From Spirochaetota bacterium (GTDB lineage Bacteria; Spirochaetota; UBA4802; JAFGDQ01), in contig JAZDKB010000036.1 in assembly GCA_043803405.1 (NCBI GenBank), positions 32,001 to 96,000 on the forward strand: a DNA stretch of 64,000 nucleotides, in the 5' to 3' direction. Positions 1-9,644 of this stretch are shown here, piece by piece (the stretch's first letter is position 1; the number at the start of each line of letters is the position of its first letter). The notes beneath the pieces were generated by a model. The model was not told where the DNA came from. It ran no database searches and was given only the letters and a program-made list of their open reading frames with translations. A program made the translations under genes and the position numbers.

Positions 1-1862
1 TCCTGAACAGACTTTGAAAGCTTAATAAATTTTCTGGTTAAAAGCTCTATAACATTGTCGGTTGCTTCAGTACGGTTAATTGCTTCAATATCCCATCGCC
101 ATCCGGATCCCATGTCAAAAGTCAGCAAATTATCATTAAATAATATCTTCACTAATTCAATGACAAAAAACGGATTACCCTGGGTCTTTTTATATATAAC
201 AGATGCCAGCGGAAAAATGTTTTCCTGGTTGCCTATAAGGCTTGAAACAAGATCATTCACGATATTTTCATTCAGCGGCTGCAGATTAACTGTTTTAGGT
301 TTTATACCGTCAGATTCAATTTCATTCAGTGTCTTTACTAATTTATGTGATTCTGTAACTTCATTATCCCGATATGCTCCTATAATCAGCAAATACTTCG
401 TTTCAATATCGGTTATTAAAACTTTAATTAAATTGAGGCTGGCAGAGTCTGCCCACTGAAGGTCGTCAAGGAAAAGAACCAGGGGATGTTTTTCGCCTGC
501 AAAAACTCTTACAAACTTCTGAAAGTAAAGATTATACCTGTTCTGCGCTTCGGAAGGCCCGACTTCAGGAACCGGTTCCTGCGGCCCTATTATTAGTTCA
601 AGTTCCGGAATAACATCAGTTAAAAGCCTCGCGTTTGGTGAAAGTGCATCCAGAATCAGCTTTTTCCACCTGGTAATTTCTTCTTCCTGTTTCGCAAGCA
701 ATTGCCTTATTAATGACTTAAATGCCTGAATTATTGCACTAAAAGGTATTTCTCTAATCAGTTGTTCAAATTTGCTCGAAATAAAATAGCCGTTCTTTTT
801 TACAACAGGAATATGGAGTTCATTAACTAATACGGTTTTGCCTGTGCCGGCAAATCCGGAAACCAGCAGCAATTCCGACTTTCCCAGATATACGCTGTTA
901 ACTATATCCGTCAGTATCTCCATCTCAGCAGATCTTCCGTAAAGTCGTCCCGGCATCCGGATTTTATTAATAATATCTTTCTTTGCAAGTGTAAATGGAA
1001 TAATAACACCTGTTATTTCAAATTGGTCAAGGCATATCTCCAGATCGGCTTTAAGTCCAAGCGCGTTCTGATATCTCTCTTCCGGATCTTTGGAAATCAA
1101 TTTCATAATAATGTCGGATATGACCGCCGGGATATTGCTGTTTATTTTTGCAGGTTCCTCCGCCTCTTTGGCTAAATGATAGTGAAGAAGTTCCATTGCA
1201 TCTTCCGATTTAAACGGCATCCGGCCGGTAATCATTTCATAAAACGTAATGCCAAGAGAATAAAAGTCTGTCCTGTGATCCAGTCTGCGTTCCGTTCTGC
1301 CTGTCTGTTCCGGCGAAACATATTCAAGCGAAATATCCAGCATATTTGGCATTAATGCATTCGCAGACTCATCAAATTTATTAAAAGACGCACCGGCTCC
1401 GATTAGTTTGGCAGATAATCCGTTATTGTCTGGCGGATCTCCGTTAAGAAACGGTGATATAATTATTACATCGGGTTTGATATTGCAATGTATAATATCC
1501 TGAGCGTGCATCTGGTGAAGTATTTCGGAGAGCTTGATGGCTATTTGCAAAAAAACATTAACGGATAGTCCTGAACCGATAATTTCCCTTAAAAATTTTC
1601 CCTTACAATGTTCATAAACAAGAGCATAACTATTATCATACTCAACAAGATCATGTATCTTTAAAATACCGTTGGTCTTGTTTAATTTATTAGTAATTAT
1701 AAAAATATCTTTTAATTTATTTATATCTTCAATATTCCGGTTGCTGTCCTGCAAAGTCTCGATTAAAACGGGCTCCTTATCCCTGTTAAGTCCTTCATAA
1801 AAAATAATTTTCGAATCTTCATATACTTTATTCGAAATATTATATCTGGGGATTTCAATCAT
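1..1862 (-). CDS. Ser/Thr-kinase-like domain + AAA/STAND ATPase signalling protein (N-terminal part; runs off the window); kinase motifs degenerate
   Basis: Not in the ORF track; translated by hand from ATG at 1862 (MIEIPRYNIS...). Contains YVSPEQTGR..DHRTDFYSLGITFYEMITGRMPF, Walker A GFAGTGKT and Walker B VLFLDDLQWAD. Confidence 0.88.
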   Translation of the reverse strand, partial: MIEIPRYNISNKVYEDSKIIFYEGLNRDKEPVLIETLQDSNRNIEDINKLKDIFIITNKLNKTNGILKIHDLVEYDNSYALVYEHCKGKFLREIIGSGLSVNVFLQIAIKLSEILHQMHAQDIIHCNIKPDVIIISPFLNGDPPDNNGLSAKLIGAGASFNKFDESANALMPNMLDISLEYVSPEQTGRTERRLDHRTDFYSLGITFYEMITGRMPFKSEDAMELLHYHLAKEAEEPAKINSNIPAVISDIIMKLISKDPEERYQNALGLKADLEICLDQFEITGVIIPFTLAKKDIINKIRMPGRLYGRSAEMEILTDIVNSVYLGKSELLLVSGFAGTGKTVLVNELHIPVVKKNGYFISSKFEQLIREIPFSAIIQAFKSLIRQLLAKQEEEITRWKKLILDALSPNARLLTDVIPELELIIGPQEPVPEVGPSEAQNRYNLYFQKFVRVFAGEKHPLVLFLDDLQWADSASLNLIKVLITDIETKYLLIIGAYRDNEVTESHKLVKTLNEIESDGIKPKTVNLQPLNENIVNDLVSSLIGNQENIFPLASVIYKKTQGNPFFVIELVKILFNDNLLTFDMGSGWRWDIEAINRTEATDNVIELLTRKFIKLSKSVQ

Positions 1863-1964
1863 TTTGATTAAATTGTCCTTTTATTATTATTTCAAAGAAA
1901 TATTAAATGCTGTCTATTTCAATCAAAATATATTTTTAATAAAATTAAAAAGATCAATTTTTAT

Positions 1965-2022
1965 AAAAATAGCATTCATTACATTAAAAATAGCGTTCAT
2001 TCAGCAAAAAGTAGCGTTCATT
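1965..2022 (+). repeat. Three direct repeats AAAARTAGCRTTCATT with 21-bp period
   Basis: Copies at 1965-1980, 1986-2001 and 2007-2022. Confidence 0.9.
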
Positions 2023-2031
2023 ACATATATA

Positions 2032-2060
2032 TTGACAATAAAATATTTTTAAGTTATAAT
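2032..2060 (+). promoter_or_regulatory. Consensus sigma70 promoter
   Basis: TTGACA (2032-2037), 17-bp spacer, TATAAT (2055-2060). Confidence 0.8.
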
Positions 2061-2163
2061 TTATTTATACATTTCAGAACAATTCAATTAAATTTTTTAT
2101 CAAGGCATAGAAATGATGATTAGCAATTTATCGTATTGGACGGCAAAGCGGCTGGAGGATTTT

Positions 2164-2478
2164 ATGGAGTGGAATTATAACATGACTGATTATAATGTAT
2201 TTTTCCAGAAATTTAATCATAAAACACAAAAATTGGAGTATGAAAAAAAAATATTCAATTCGGAAGCCAAAGCGAAAAAATTCGGAGCTGAAATTCTTAA
2301 AGAATACCCTCACAATGAAGTAATAATAAAAAGCAAAGAATATAAAATAATATATGAAAACGATAAACCTGTAAAAAAATATATAGGCAAAGAAAATTTC
2401 ATTGTAAGATCGACGCCCGAATCACATAACAAGCTGCTGCAGGAAGTATTTCCGGTACGCAAGTCAGTGGAAGCTTAA
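2164..2478 (+). CDS. Hypothetical protein
   Basis: ORF 2113..2478; GGAGGA Shine-Dalgarno precedes ATG 2164; perfect promoter upstream; no recognisable family. Confidence 0.6.
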   Translation: MEWNYNMTDYNVFFQKFNHKTQKLEYEKKIFNSEAKAKKFGAEILKEYPHNEVIIKSKEYKIIYENDKPVKKYIGKENFIVRSTPESHNKLLQEVFPVRKSVEA

Positions 2479-2480
2479 AC

Positions 2481-3407
2481 TTATAATCTGATCCCGGCAA
2501 AGCATGCAATTCTTAAAGTCCTGAAATCCCGGACTAAATAGTTAATATTATAATAATCCGTATAAACTTCAAAAAATACACGCTGGAAAATTCTGTACTC
2601 GATTGACGCCCCTGCTTTATAATAATAAGCTGAGGTTTTTGTAGTGCCTTTATTCGTCGGATTTCCGAAATTATCATATCTTTGATATTCCAGCGCGGAA
2701 TAAGCATATCCCCCGCCGCCGCGTATCGCGAAATTTAAAGGAAAGTTAAAATTCGTTGAAAAAAAAATATTTCCGCCGTAAATTATATCCGTCAGATTGC
2801 TTTCGACCCTGTTAAAAGCTTTTTCACCTTTAAATTTCACATAAGTGCACTCAGCATCTACTCCAGCATATCTTAAAAATCCGGGGAAATTTAATTTTCT
2901 AAAGCTATAGGAAATATCAGCGGAAAATGCAGTATATGAATTTTTATAATATTCAGCCCAGTCCGGCAGAATATAAAAATATGACCAGCCAAGCCCTATT
3001 TTTAAACCCGAATAGGATAATTTGGCGTCTTCTTCTTTTTTTTCATCAAGAGGCTTTTGCACAAGTGCCGGAGCCTCTATTGAAAAATCAGCCCAGTCGG
3101 ACCAGCTCCCGATTTTGCCGAATTTATTAATTGCACCGATTCTGATTTTATAGCTGCCTGCAGGAGCTTCGATTATAATATTATTTACGTTGATCTGCTT
3201 ATCCGCAACTAAATTCCCCTTTGCATTCATAATCAGAATTTTATAACTTATTGCTCCTTCGACTTCTTCCCAGCTAAGCTTTATCTTCCTTTCTGCAGAA
3301 GACGTTACTTCGGATTGCGCTATTTGCGCCGATACATAATTCATCGGCAGCAAGGCAAATAAAATAAAAAAACCGGAGAACGCAGCATGTCTTATATATT
3401 CTTTCAT
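2481..3407 (-). CDS. Exported protein: FN3-like domain + C-terminal outer-membrane beta-barrel
   Basis: Signal peptide; LSWEEVEGAISYKI...GSYKIRIGAINKFG..GSWSDW (FN3-like); alternating aromatic strands ending FAGIRL. Confidence 0.65.
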   Translation of the reverse strand: MKEYIRHAAFSGFFILFALLPMNYVSAQIAQSEVTSSAERKIKLSWEEVEGAISYKILIMNAKGNLVADKQINVNNIIIEAPAGSYKIRIGAINKFGKIGSWSDWADFSIEAPALVQKPLDEKKEEDAKLSYSGLKIGLGWSYFYILPDWAEYYKNSYTAFSADISYSFRKLNFPGFLRYAGVDAECTYVKFKGEKAFNRVESNLTDIIYGGNIFFSTNFNFPLNFAIRGGGGYAYSALEYQRYDNFGNPTNKGTTKTSAYYYKAGASIEYRIFQRVFFEVYTDYYNINYLVRDFRTLRIACFAGIRL

Positions 3408-3449
3408 ATTATTACATTATTTAAGAAACAGTAATTCAAATGAACTGCC

Positions 3450-5606
3450 TTACAGATTCTCAATTTTCAGGGAATTAACATTTACTTTTTCAACGGGTTT
3501 TCCGAGAGTAATTTTAAAATTGCTTTTTACTAACGGGCTGTTTCTGACGATTTCTTTCTTTTTATTATCCATCTCAAATGCCTGCAATTTCCATAAAAAT
3601 TTGCTTTCATCGAGCTTGCGCAAATCATTAATCTTCCAGCTTGTTCCCTTTTCCTCGGACTCTGCAATTAAATACTCTTTCCCATGAATTATTTTATACA
3701 GGCTTATCCGGTAAAGATTAGCTCCCGCAACCTTATTCCAGTTTAAAGATAAATTATCTCTGGCGCTCATATTAATAACATATCCGTCTTTCGGAGAAAC
3801 CACAACAGGGGTATTGAGCAAATTTTTTACAATAAAAAATTGCGGCCTTGAATCTGCTGCTGCTGAACCATCGTCATTTAAAAGAATAACTTTCCAGTAG
3901 TACCGGCCTGCTTCAATTTGCAGTACTGAATCAGTTCCGGTATAATTAATAATTTTCTCTTTATATAAAGATGTAAATTTTTCGTTTACGGATATCTGCA
4001 GTTTATATTTTCCTTTGATATCATTTCCTTTCCACACAAATCGAATTGAAGCTGTCTTCTCATTTTCATCTGTCGATAAAGCGGCATCTTTCTCCGGCAA
4101 GACCAGTTTAATTTCTTCTGTATCTGTTATACTGAAAATTCTTGTTAGCGAAGGATCGGTGAACTCTTTTTCCCCCAACCTGCCGGTAACACGCCAGTAA
4201 TATGTGCCTTTAGGTAAATTCTTTTCCAACTGAACAAAATTCACCTTGCTTACGCCGGAAAAAACGATATCCTTAAACTTTTCATCCTTCGCAGTATAGA
4301 AATTATATTCGCTGATCTCCTGGCTACCCTTCCATGTAAAGGTTATATTCTGCTTTTCGAGCAGCGTTTTACTGAACTGTTTAGCATTATTCGGGTACAG
4401 CAGCTCGGGCGGGGCAGTAATCTCCCTTTCCTTAATATTCAGCTCAAAAATGCCGCTGGCTGCAGGTTTTGGGATATCTTTTAGCCCCGGCAGTTTTTCT
4501 ATTCTCCAGAAGTAAACGCCTTTCCCCGCTGAATCCAGCATAACGCTGTTTTGCGTACTATCCTGGGTCTTAATTATTTTACTCATTGAACGGTCGCCTG
4601 CAAGCACAAGACGGTAAGCCGATGCGATCTCGCTTTTTGTCCATTTAAAATTTATTATCGGAGGAACGCCCTTGTAAGTTACCGTCTCCTTGTTTTCAGG
4701 CGCAATCAACAGCACAGGCTCATCAAATAAAACCGAAAACCTTCTTGTTTCGCTGGATTCCTCTTTCTTTGTTATTTTGTGAACAGCCCTGACCCTCCAG
4801 TAATAAATTCCTTTAGTAAGATCAACTGCGAAAGCGTTTCCCTTAACTTCATTTTTTTGTATGATATTCGCAAAGAGATCGTCTTTTGCCAGTTCAAAAA
4901 AAACATTATGTTCCCCGGCTACATTTTGCCATGAGAAATCGATCCTCATTTTTTCAGCTGTTGTCAGATAATAAGCGCCCGCAACCGGGCTCACGAGCTT
5001 AATGGCCAGATCGAACTTCATTACTTCGCCGGAACCCTTGGCGACTACAAGTGCCTGGTCTGCGCCCAGCTTTGCAGCGCCTTTGCCGGTATTGACATCC
5101 GCAATACCCTTCACCACTGAAAGATTCAGATCGCCGGCTTTGCTCTGCGATAATTTAACGTCGCTTTTATCAATTGAAATACTGGTTGAGCCGGACTTAA
5201 TATTTAACTTCCTGACATCTCCCTCCGCGCCGCCCCTGTTCGCAAGAATGGACCCTTTATTAAACTCAATATCGATCTGATTTTTAGTCATTGCCAAAAG
5301 TATCATGCTGTTTTCATTGAGTTTAATCTCGGTTCCGTCTTTTAAATGCAGCGAGGCCTCAGACTGGTCGGATGTCCTGATGGAATCATAATTATAAACA
5401 GGGATATTATTTTCTATATCTTCCCATATAACTTGTCCGGCATATTTTCTTTCGACACTCTTTCTTTTATAGGATACTGTCCCTACCTGTTCATTGGTTC
5501 CTGCCTGCACCTTTGTCGTAATATCCTTATAGTACAGGAACGAGAATACCGTAATGACAGCCGTGCCTACGCCGACTACTAATAGATCATTGAGCGAGAA
5601 TCTCAT
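3450..5606 (-). CDS. Membrane-anchored FecR-domain protein with multiple FN3-like repeats
   Basis: N-terminal TM; DSIRTSDQSEASLHLKDGTEIKLNENS FecR-like motif; about five repeats with F.W...G.YYWRV. Confidence 0.8.
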   Translation of the reverse strand: MRFSLNDLLVVGVGTAVITVFSFLYYKDITTKVQAGTNEQVGTVSYKRKSVERKYAGQVIWEDIENNIPVYNYDSIRTSDQSEASLHLKDGTEIKLNENSMILLAMTKNQIDIEFNKGSILANRGGAEGDVRKLNIKSGSTSISIDKSDVKLSQSKAGDLNLSVVKGIADVNTGKGAAKLGADQALVVAKGSGEVMKFDLAIKLVSPVAGAYYLTTAEKMRIDFSWQNVAGEHNVFFELAKDDLFANIIQKNEVKGNAFAVDLTKGIYYWRVRAVHKITKKEESSETRRFSVLFDEPVLLIAPENKETVTYKGVPPIINFKWTKSEIASAYRLVLAGDRSMSKIIKTQDSTQNSVMLDSAGKGVYFWRIEKLPGLKDIPKPAASGIFELNIKEREITAPPELLYPNNAKQFSKTLLEKQNITFTWKGSQEISEYNFYTAKDEKFKDIVFSGVSKVNFVQLEKNLPKGTYYWRVTGRLGEKEFTDPSLTRIFSITDTEEIKLVLPEKDAALSTDENEKTASIRFVWKGNDIKGKYKLQISVNEKFTSLYKEKIINYTGTDSVLQIEAGRYYWKVILLNDDGSAAADSRPQFFIVKNLLNTPVVVSPKDGYVINMSARDNLSLNWNKVAGANLYRISLYKIIHGKEYLIAESEEKGTSWKINDLRKLDESKFLWKLQAFEMDNKKKEIVRNSPLVKSNFKITLGKPVEKVNVNSLKIENL

Positions 5607-8298
5607 ATTTCACTTCTTCATTAATAACGTTTTTATCTTCGGATTCATTTTTACCCTGCGCCAGATCTTCCTTCCTGCGTTGGAATGGCATTTCTTTTGT
5701 GCCCAGAAAATCCCGGAGTTCCTGCAATGTCTTAATTCTGCCGGGATCATCCAGCCTTCCCAGAACAGCATAAATCAGCTGAGGCTCATCTTTCCCTTTA
5801 ACCATAATCGGAGACATTTTTTCAGCCGCAATAATATCCTTAACAATGTTATAAGAATCTTCGCTTATAATTATATCAGTACCGAATGGTTTATTAAGTG
5901 ATTCGATCCTGCTGGCCAGGTTGACCGCATCTCCAATAACCGTTATCTCCATCCTGTCCTCCGAGCCGATCTGGCCGGAGAGTACAGGCCCGGTATTTAT
6001 GCCGCAGCCCATTTTTATTACAGGCTTATTATTCTTTTTTCTATCAACATTATACTCAATTAGAGCTTTTCTCATCATCAGGGCGCTATTGACGGCATTT
6101 TCCGTATGATTGCCGCTCGAAACAATTATGCCCCATTCGGCCATTATCGCATCGCCGATGAATTTATCGACAATCCCTCCGGTCAGGTCAATGCACTCAA
6201 CCATTTTGGTTAAATAAGCATTCAGAAACTCAACAACTTCTTCCGGTTCAAGATCTTCCGATATTGAGGTAAAATCGCGGATATCCGTAAACATTATAGC
6301 AGCTGTCTTTCTCTCTCCCCCGAGTTTTAGCTCTTCGCTTTTTGTAAGCCTTTCAACTATCTCCGGATTTACGAATTTTCCGAACGTCGTTTTTATCTTT
6401 TCGCGCTCTTCAAGCCCCTTGCCCATTTCAACAAAGGCATTCGTAAGCTCTCCAATCTCATCACGCGACTCGGGCCGTATCCTTACATTATAATCCCCGT
6501 TTTTAATTCTTACCGTAGCTCCGAGAAGACGCATAATAGGCCTGGTAATCTTTTTCCCGAAAAAATATATAATAATAATTACAGCGCTCAGGACGACTAT
6601 TGTTAAATAAATATCCCTTCTCTGCTGATTGGCAACCTCTTTATACGCTACATCCTCCTCTACCGTAGCTATAACACCGCATCCGCCAATGCCGATTTTG
6701 TTAAATGAACCGAGATTATATACTCCTTTCTCATCCTTATATCTTTGCTGGGAATTCATCTGGCTGCTCGTTATCATCTGTTTAACAATAGGAATGTTGA
6801 TGTAATTGCCGCCGCCCAGCACAATCCTGCTGTCCGAGTGGGCAAGTATATCTCCTTTATCATTAACCATGAATGTCTTAGTCCCGCTGCTGCTCTGGAA
6901 TGCTTCCATAAATCTGTCCAGTTTTACATAGCAAACAAGAATCGACTGAATGTTTCCCTTAATATCCTTATGGAAAGGAAGGCTTAACCCGACAGCCGGT
7001 ATCCGCAAGCCCTGGGATACATTGTGAATTACGATTTCATCGTTATAAGATCCGTTAAAAACAGCGGAATTTGCAATATTCGCAGATTCAATATCACCCG
7101 GCTTAATCTGGCTTTCGGTCATTAAAGTATTATTATAAACGCTTTTAATAAAATTCAGCTTAGCTTTATCCTTTGGTAGTGTTGCCATGCCGAAAAACAG
7201 GAAATCCCTGTCATTATTAAAGATAAGTCTGGAATAATAATCTATCCCCTGCCCGCCGATGTTTTGCATCAGCACGTTTGCTATCAGTTTGGATTTATCT
7301 ATTATTGTCTGGAAATCGGATTTTACCTTTAGAGCTACTACCTGGGAAATATACAGGTTGTTTTCCTGCACTCTTACGGTGTTATCTTTTTTAAAAAAAT
7401 ACGTTGCTAAAAAGATCATCCCTGAAAGGGAAATAATTATTATTAAAGATGTTATGCCGATTAATTTGAACCTGATGGATAAATAAAATTTGGATACGCC
7501 CTTTAATTGAACACTTTTTTCGTCTTCCAGTCTTCTGTTTTCTTCTCTTCCTTCCTTCATGTCTAATACAGATATTTTCTTTCCCTGTTCTGCCGGGTGC
7601 AGATCGGCTGCCCTTTCCTTAATCTTTTTAATTTTCTCTGATTTTTTACTGCTGCTTTCCTCTTCAGCCTGTCGGCCTGTTTTCATGACATTTTGTTTTA
7701 CCTGCACCAGAGTATCATCGGATTTATTTCTGTCCGATAATGCTTCTTCAAGATCCGGCTCTTCCATTGGCTCCGGTGAAATATATTTTTCCAGATCGAA
7801 ACCGTCATCCCCGGTTTCTTCTGTATCTATTCCAATATATTTCTGAAATCCGCGGGCAAATTCCAGTTCTTCTCTGGTCTGCATCAGTCTGTCGTTTATA
7901 ACTCTGACTTTCTCAAGTGCATCCTTCAGCATTCTGCCTGAATAAATATAAAAACACGTAAGAACCGCTCCTGCGACGCTTTTACCGAACGAGATAAGCA
8001 GGCAGCCGCCCTTTCTGAAGCTCGCGTTAATTTCTCCCACAGCATTTTTGATAAAGAACAAATGCTCATTATCCAGCGCTTCTATATTGATGCTTTTTAC
8101 GATAAAACCGTTATCTTCATAACGCTTCACTAAATCCAGATACGGTTCTAGTAAAACCTCTTCGGAAGTCATTATGAATACTGTTTTAACGTCATTTTCC
8201 CTGAGTCTTTCAATTTTTCTTAAAAAAGCTTCATCATCGGCAGGTCGAATTAATTCGCCGCGATAATACTCGAACAATATTTTTCTCTTTTTAGCCAT
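5587..8298 (-). CDS. Membrane class III adenylate cyclase (PTP-like N-terminal domain, TM-Cache-TM, HAMP, cyclase)
   Basis: FTDIRDFTSISE, VDKFIGDAIM, GINTG, TVIGDAVNLASRIE; HAMP SRDEIGEL; Lys and Thr at the specificity positions suggest ATP substrate. Confidence 0.92.
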   Translation of the reverse strand: MAKKRKILFEYYRGELIRPADDEAFLRKIERLRENDVKTVFIMTSEEVLLEPYLDLVKRYEDNGFIVKSINIEALDNEHLFFIKNAVGEINASFRKGGCLLISFGKSVAGAVLTCFYIYSGRMLKDALEKVRVINDRLMQTREELEFARGFQKYIGIDTEETGDDGFDLEKYISPEPMEEPDLEEALSDRNKSDDTLVQVKQNVMKTGRQAEEESSSKKSEKIKKIKERAADLHPAEQGKKISVLDMKEGREENRRLEDEKSVQLKGVSKFYLSIRFKLIGITSLIIIISLSGMIFLATYFFKKDNTVRVQENNLYISQVVALKVKSDFQTIIDKSKLIANVLMQNIGGQGIDYYSRLIFNNDRDFLFFGMATLPKDKAKLNFIKSVYNNTLMTESQIKPGDIESANIANSAVFNGSYNDEIVIHNVSQGLRIPAVGLSLPFHKDIKGNIQSILVCYVKLDRFMEAFQSSSGTKTFMVNDKGDILAHSDSRIVLGGGNYINIPIVKQMITSSQMNSQQRYKDEKGVYNLGSFNKIGIGGCGVIATVEEDVAYKEVANQQRRDIYLTIVVLSAVIIIIYFFGKKITRPIMRLLGATVRIKNGDYNVRIRPESRDEIGELTNAFVEMGKGLEEREKIKTTFGKFVNPEIVERLTKSEELKLGGERKTAAIMFTDIRDFTSISEDLEPEEVVEFLNAYLTKMVECIDLTGGIVDKFIGDAIMAEWGIIVSSGNHTENAVNSALMMRKALIEYNVDRKKNNKPVIKMGCGINTGPVLSGQIGSEDRMEITVIGDAVNLASRIESLNKPFGTDIIISEDSYNIVKDIIAAEKMSPIMVKGKDEPQLIYAVLGRLDDPGRIKTLQELRDFLGTKEMPFQRRKEDLAQGKNESEDKNVINEEVKYEILAQ

Positions 8299-8419
8299 AG
8301 TGTTTAGTTGATATATTTTATGCGGAATTATATTTCTCTGATATTATAATCGATAAAAACAAAGGTTTACATTACATTATAAATATATTATATTTTCTTT
8401 TGATAGCAAGAAATATAGC

Positions 8420-8452
8420 AAAAATGCCCTGATTGTGCTTCAGGGCATTTTT
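8420..8452. terminator. Intrinsic terminator after the 8493..9473 gene
   Basis: AAAAATGCCCTGA-ttgtgct-TCAGGGCATTTTT. Confidence 0.8.
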
Positions 8453-8492
8453 ATTACTTTTACGATTTTCCTGATAAATATAATTCTCAATA

Positions 8493-9473
8493 TTAAGGAA
8501 TAGTAGAACCGGTTGAAAAAGGAATTGTATTAGGAGTGCCTATAATATTAGCTGTCGAGTCCATAACACCAGTTACTGTTAAAGTATAACTTGTTAGGAC
8601 TTGAAATGGAGCAGGGCTGGCAATAGACAATGTAACATGATTTAAATTGCTTATATCTTGAGAAGCACCAATAATTGTTATTGTAGAACCGCCGGTTATG
8701 ACATAATTTGTTGATGTTTCAGCAGAACCTTGTTCCATATCTTCTGAAAAATAAACTTCCATCTGTGTCGCTGATGTTAATGCATAAGTTGTTAGATAGG
8801 GCTTAGCATCTCCATTAAATGGATAAGTATCCGTAGCTACTGCGTAGTTCCCATTCGAATCATAGAAACCATCAATGCTGATATAATAAGCAGAATTGCT
8901 CTGGCTAGGCGTTAAAAAAGTCGCACTTATAGCAGAATTAAAATTTAAATTATATGAATATATTTCCAGCATAGATGAATTATATATTCGATAATACCCT
9001 GAACCGAATAAAGGTTCTGTAAAAACAACCTGTATCTGTGTATTATTATTGACAGCTACAGTATCAATAGCCGGCAGGGCGTCACCAGTAAAAGACGCTG
9101 TATTCGAAGTGCCGATTAGGTTTTCAAATTTATCTTTAACATTTGCGACTGCAATAGTATAGGTCGTGTTTAACTGAGAAGAAGTCGTAAGAATAACTCT
9201 TGTAAAATCGGCGCTGTTTCTTACAGCACCGGTTACCGTAAAACCTGTAATTCCTGTTATAGTATAATTTCCCGAAATCTCTGCTGATTGCTGGTCCAAT
9301 TCTTCGCTAAAAACCAGTTCTATCTGTGTATTATTTGTCGCTGTTGCAGAAATAAGCGACGGCGCAGTATCGTCTTTTTTATCAGTAGTCTTGTTCCAAA
9401 TATCCGATTGATAGCATGAATAAAATTGGAAACTTAACAAAATAATTAAAATGACTTCTACTAAGCGTTTCAT
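8493..9473 (-). CDS. Ig-like (SbsA/Big_5-type) repeat lipoprotein
   Basis: Lipobox-like FQFYSC; three repeats of NNTQI.L.FSE...SAE...NY.I...Y.I.V..V.D..GN. Confidence 0.75.
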   Translation of the reverse strand: MKRLVEVILIILLSFQFYSCYQSDIWNKTTDKKDDTAPSLISATATNNTQIELVFSEELDQQSAEISGNYTITGITGFTVTGAVRNSADFTRVILTTSSQLNTTYTIAVANVKDKFENLIGTSNTASFTGDALPAIDTVAVNNNTQIQVVFTEPLFGSGYYRIYNSSMLEIYSYNLNFNSAISATFLTPSQSNSAYYISIDGFYDSNGNYAVATDTYPFNGDAKPYLTTYALTSATQMEVYFSEDMEQGSAETSTNYVITGGSTITIIGASQDISNLNHVTLSIASPAPFQVLTSYTLTVTGVMDSTANIIGTPNTIPFSTGSTIP

Positions 9474-9584
9474 TTTTCAATCCCCTACGGGTAAAATAAA
9501 AAACATCTAATAAAACCTCATTAATATACTAAGATTTCCATTTATAATCAAGTTTAAGTTAAAAAAAAGTGTTAGTTTATTTTC

Positions 9585-9620
9585 AAAAAAAAAGGCCGTT
9601 CATGGCAAGAACGGCCTTTT
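9585..9620 (-). terminator. Intrinsic terminator after the 9645..10946 gene
   Basis: AAAAGGCCGTTC-atggcaa-GAACGGCCTTTT with a long U tract on the minus strand. Confidence 0.8.
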
Positions 9621-9644
9621 AAGTATTCGGATTATCTGTGTACC

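Noticed and set aside
55..459. Plus-strand 134-aa ORF and the many other short antisense ORFs in the track
   Set aside because: They are shadows of longer, motif-bearing genes on the opposite strand or frame.
1864..2052. 62-aa ORF with KIAFI repeats
   Set aside because: It is simply the translation of the 21-bp DNA repeats across a promoter; non-ATG start and no SD.
2100..2160. c-di-GMP-I riboswitch-like words (GGCA...GGACGGCAAAGC)
   Set aside because: No GAAA-tetraloop P2 stem or convincing P3 stem.
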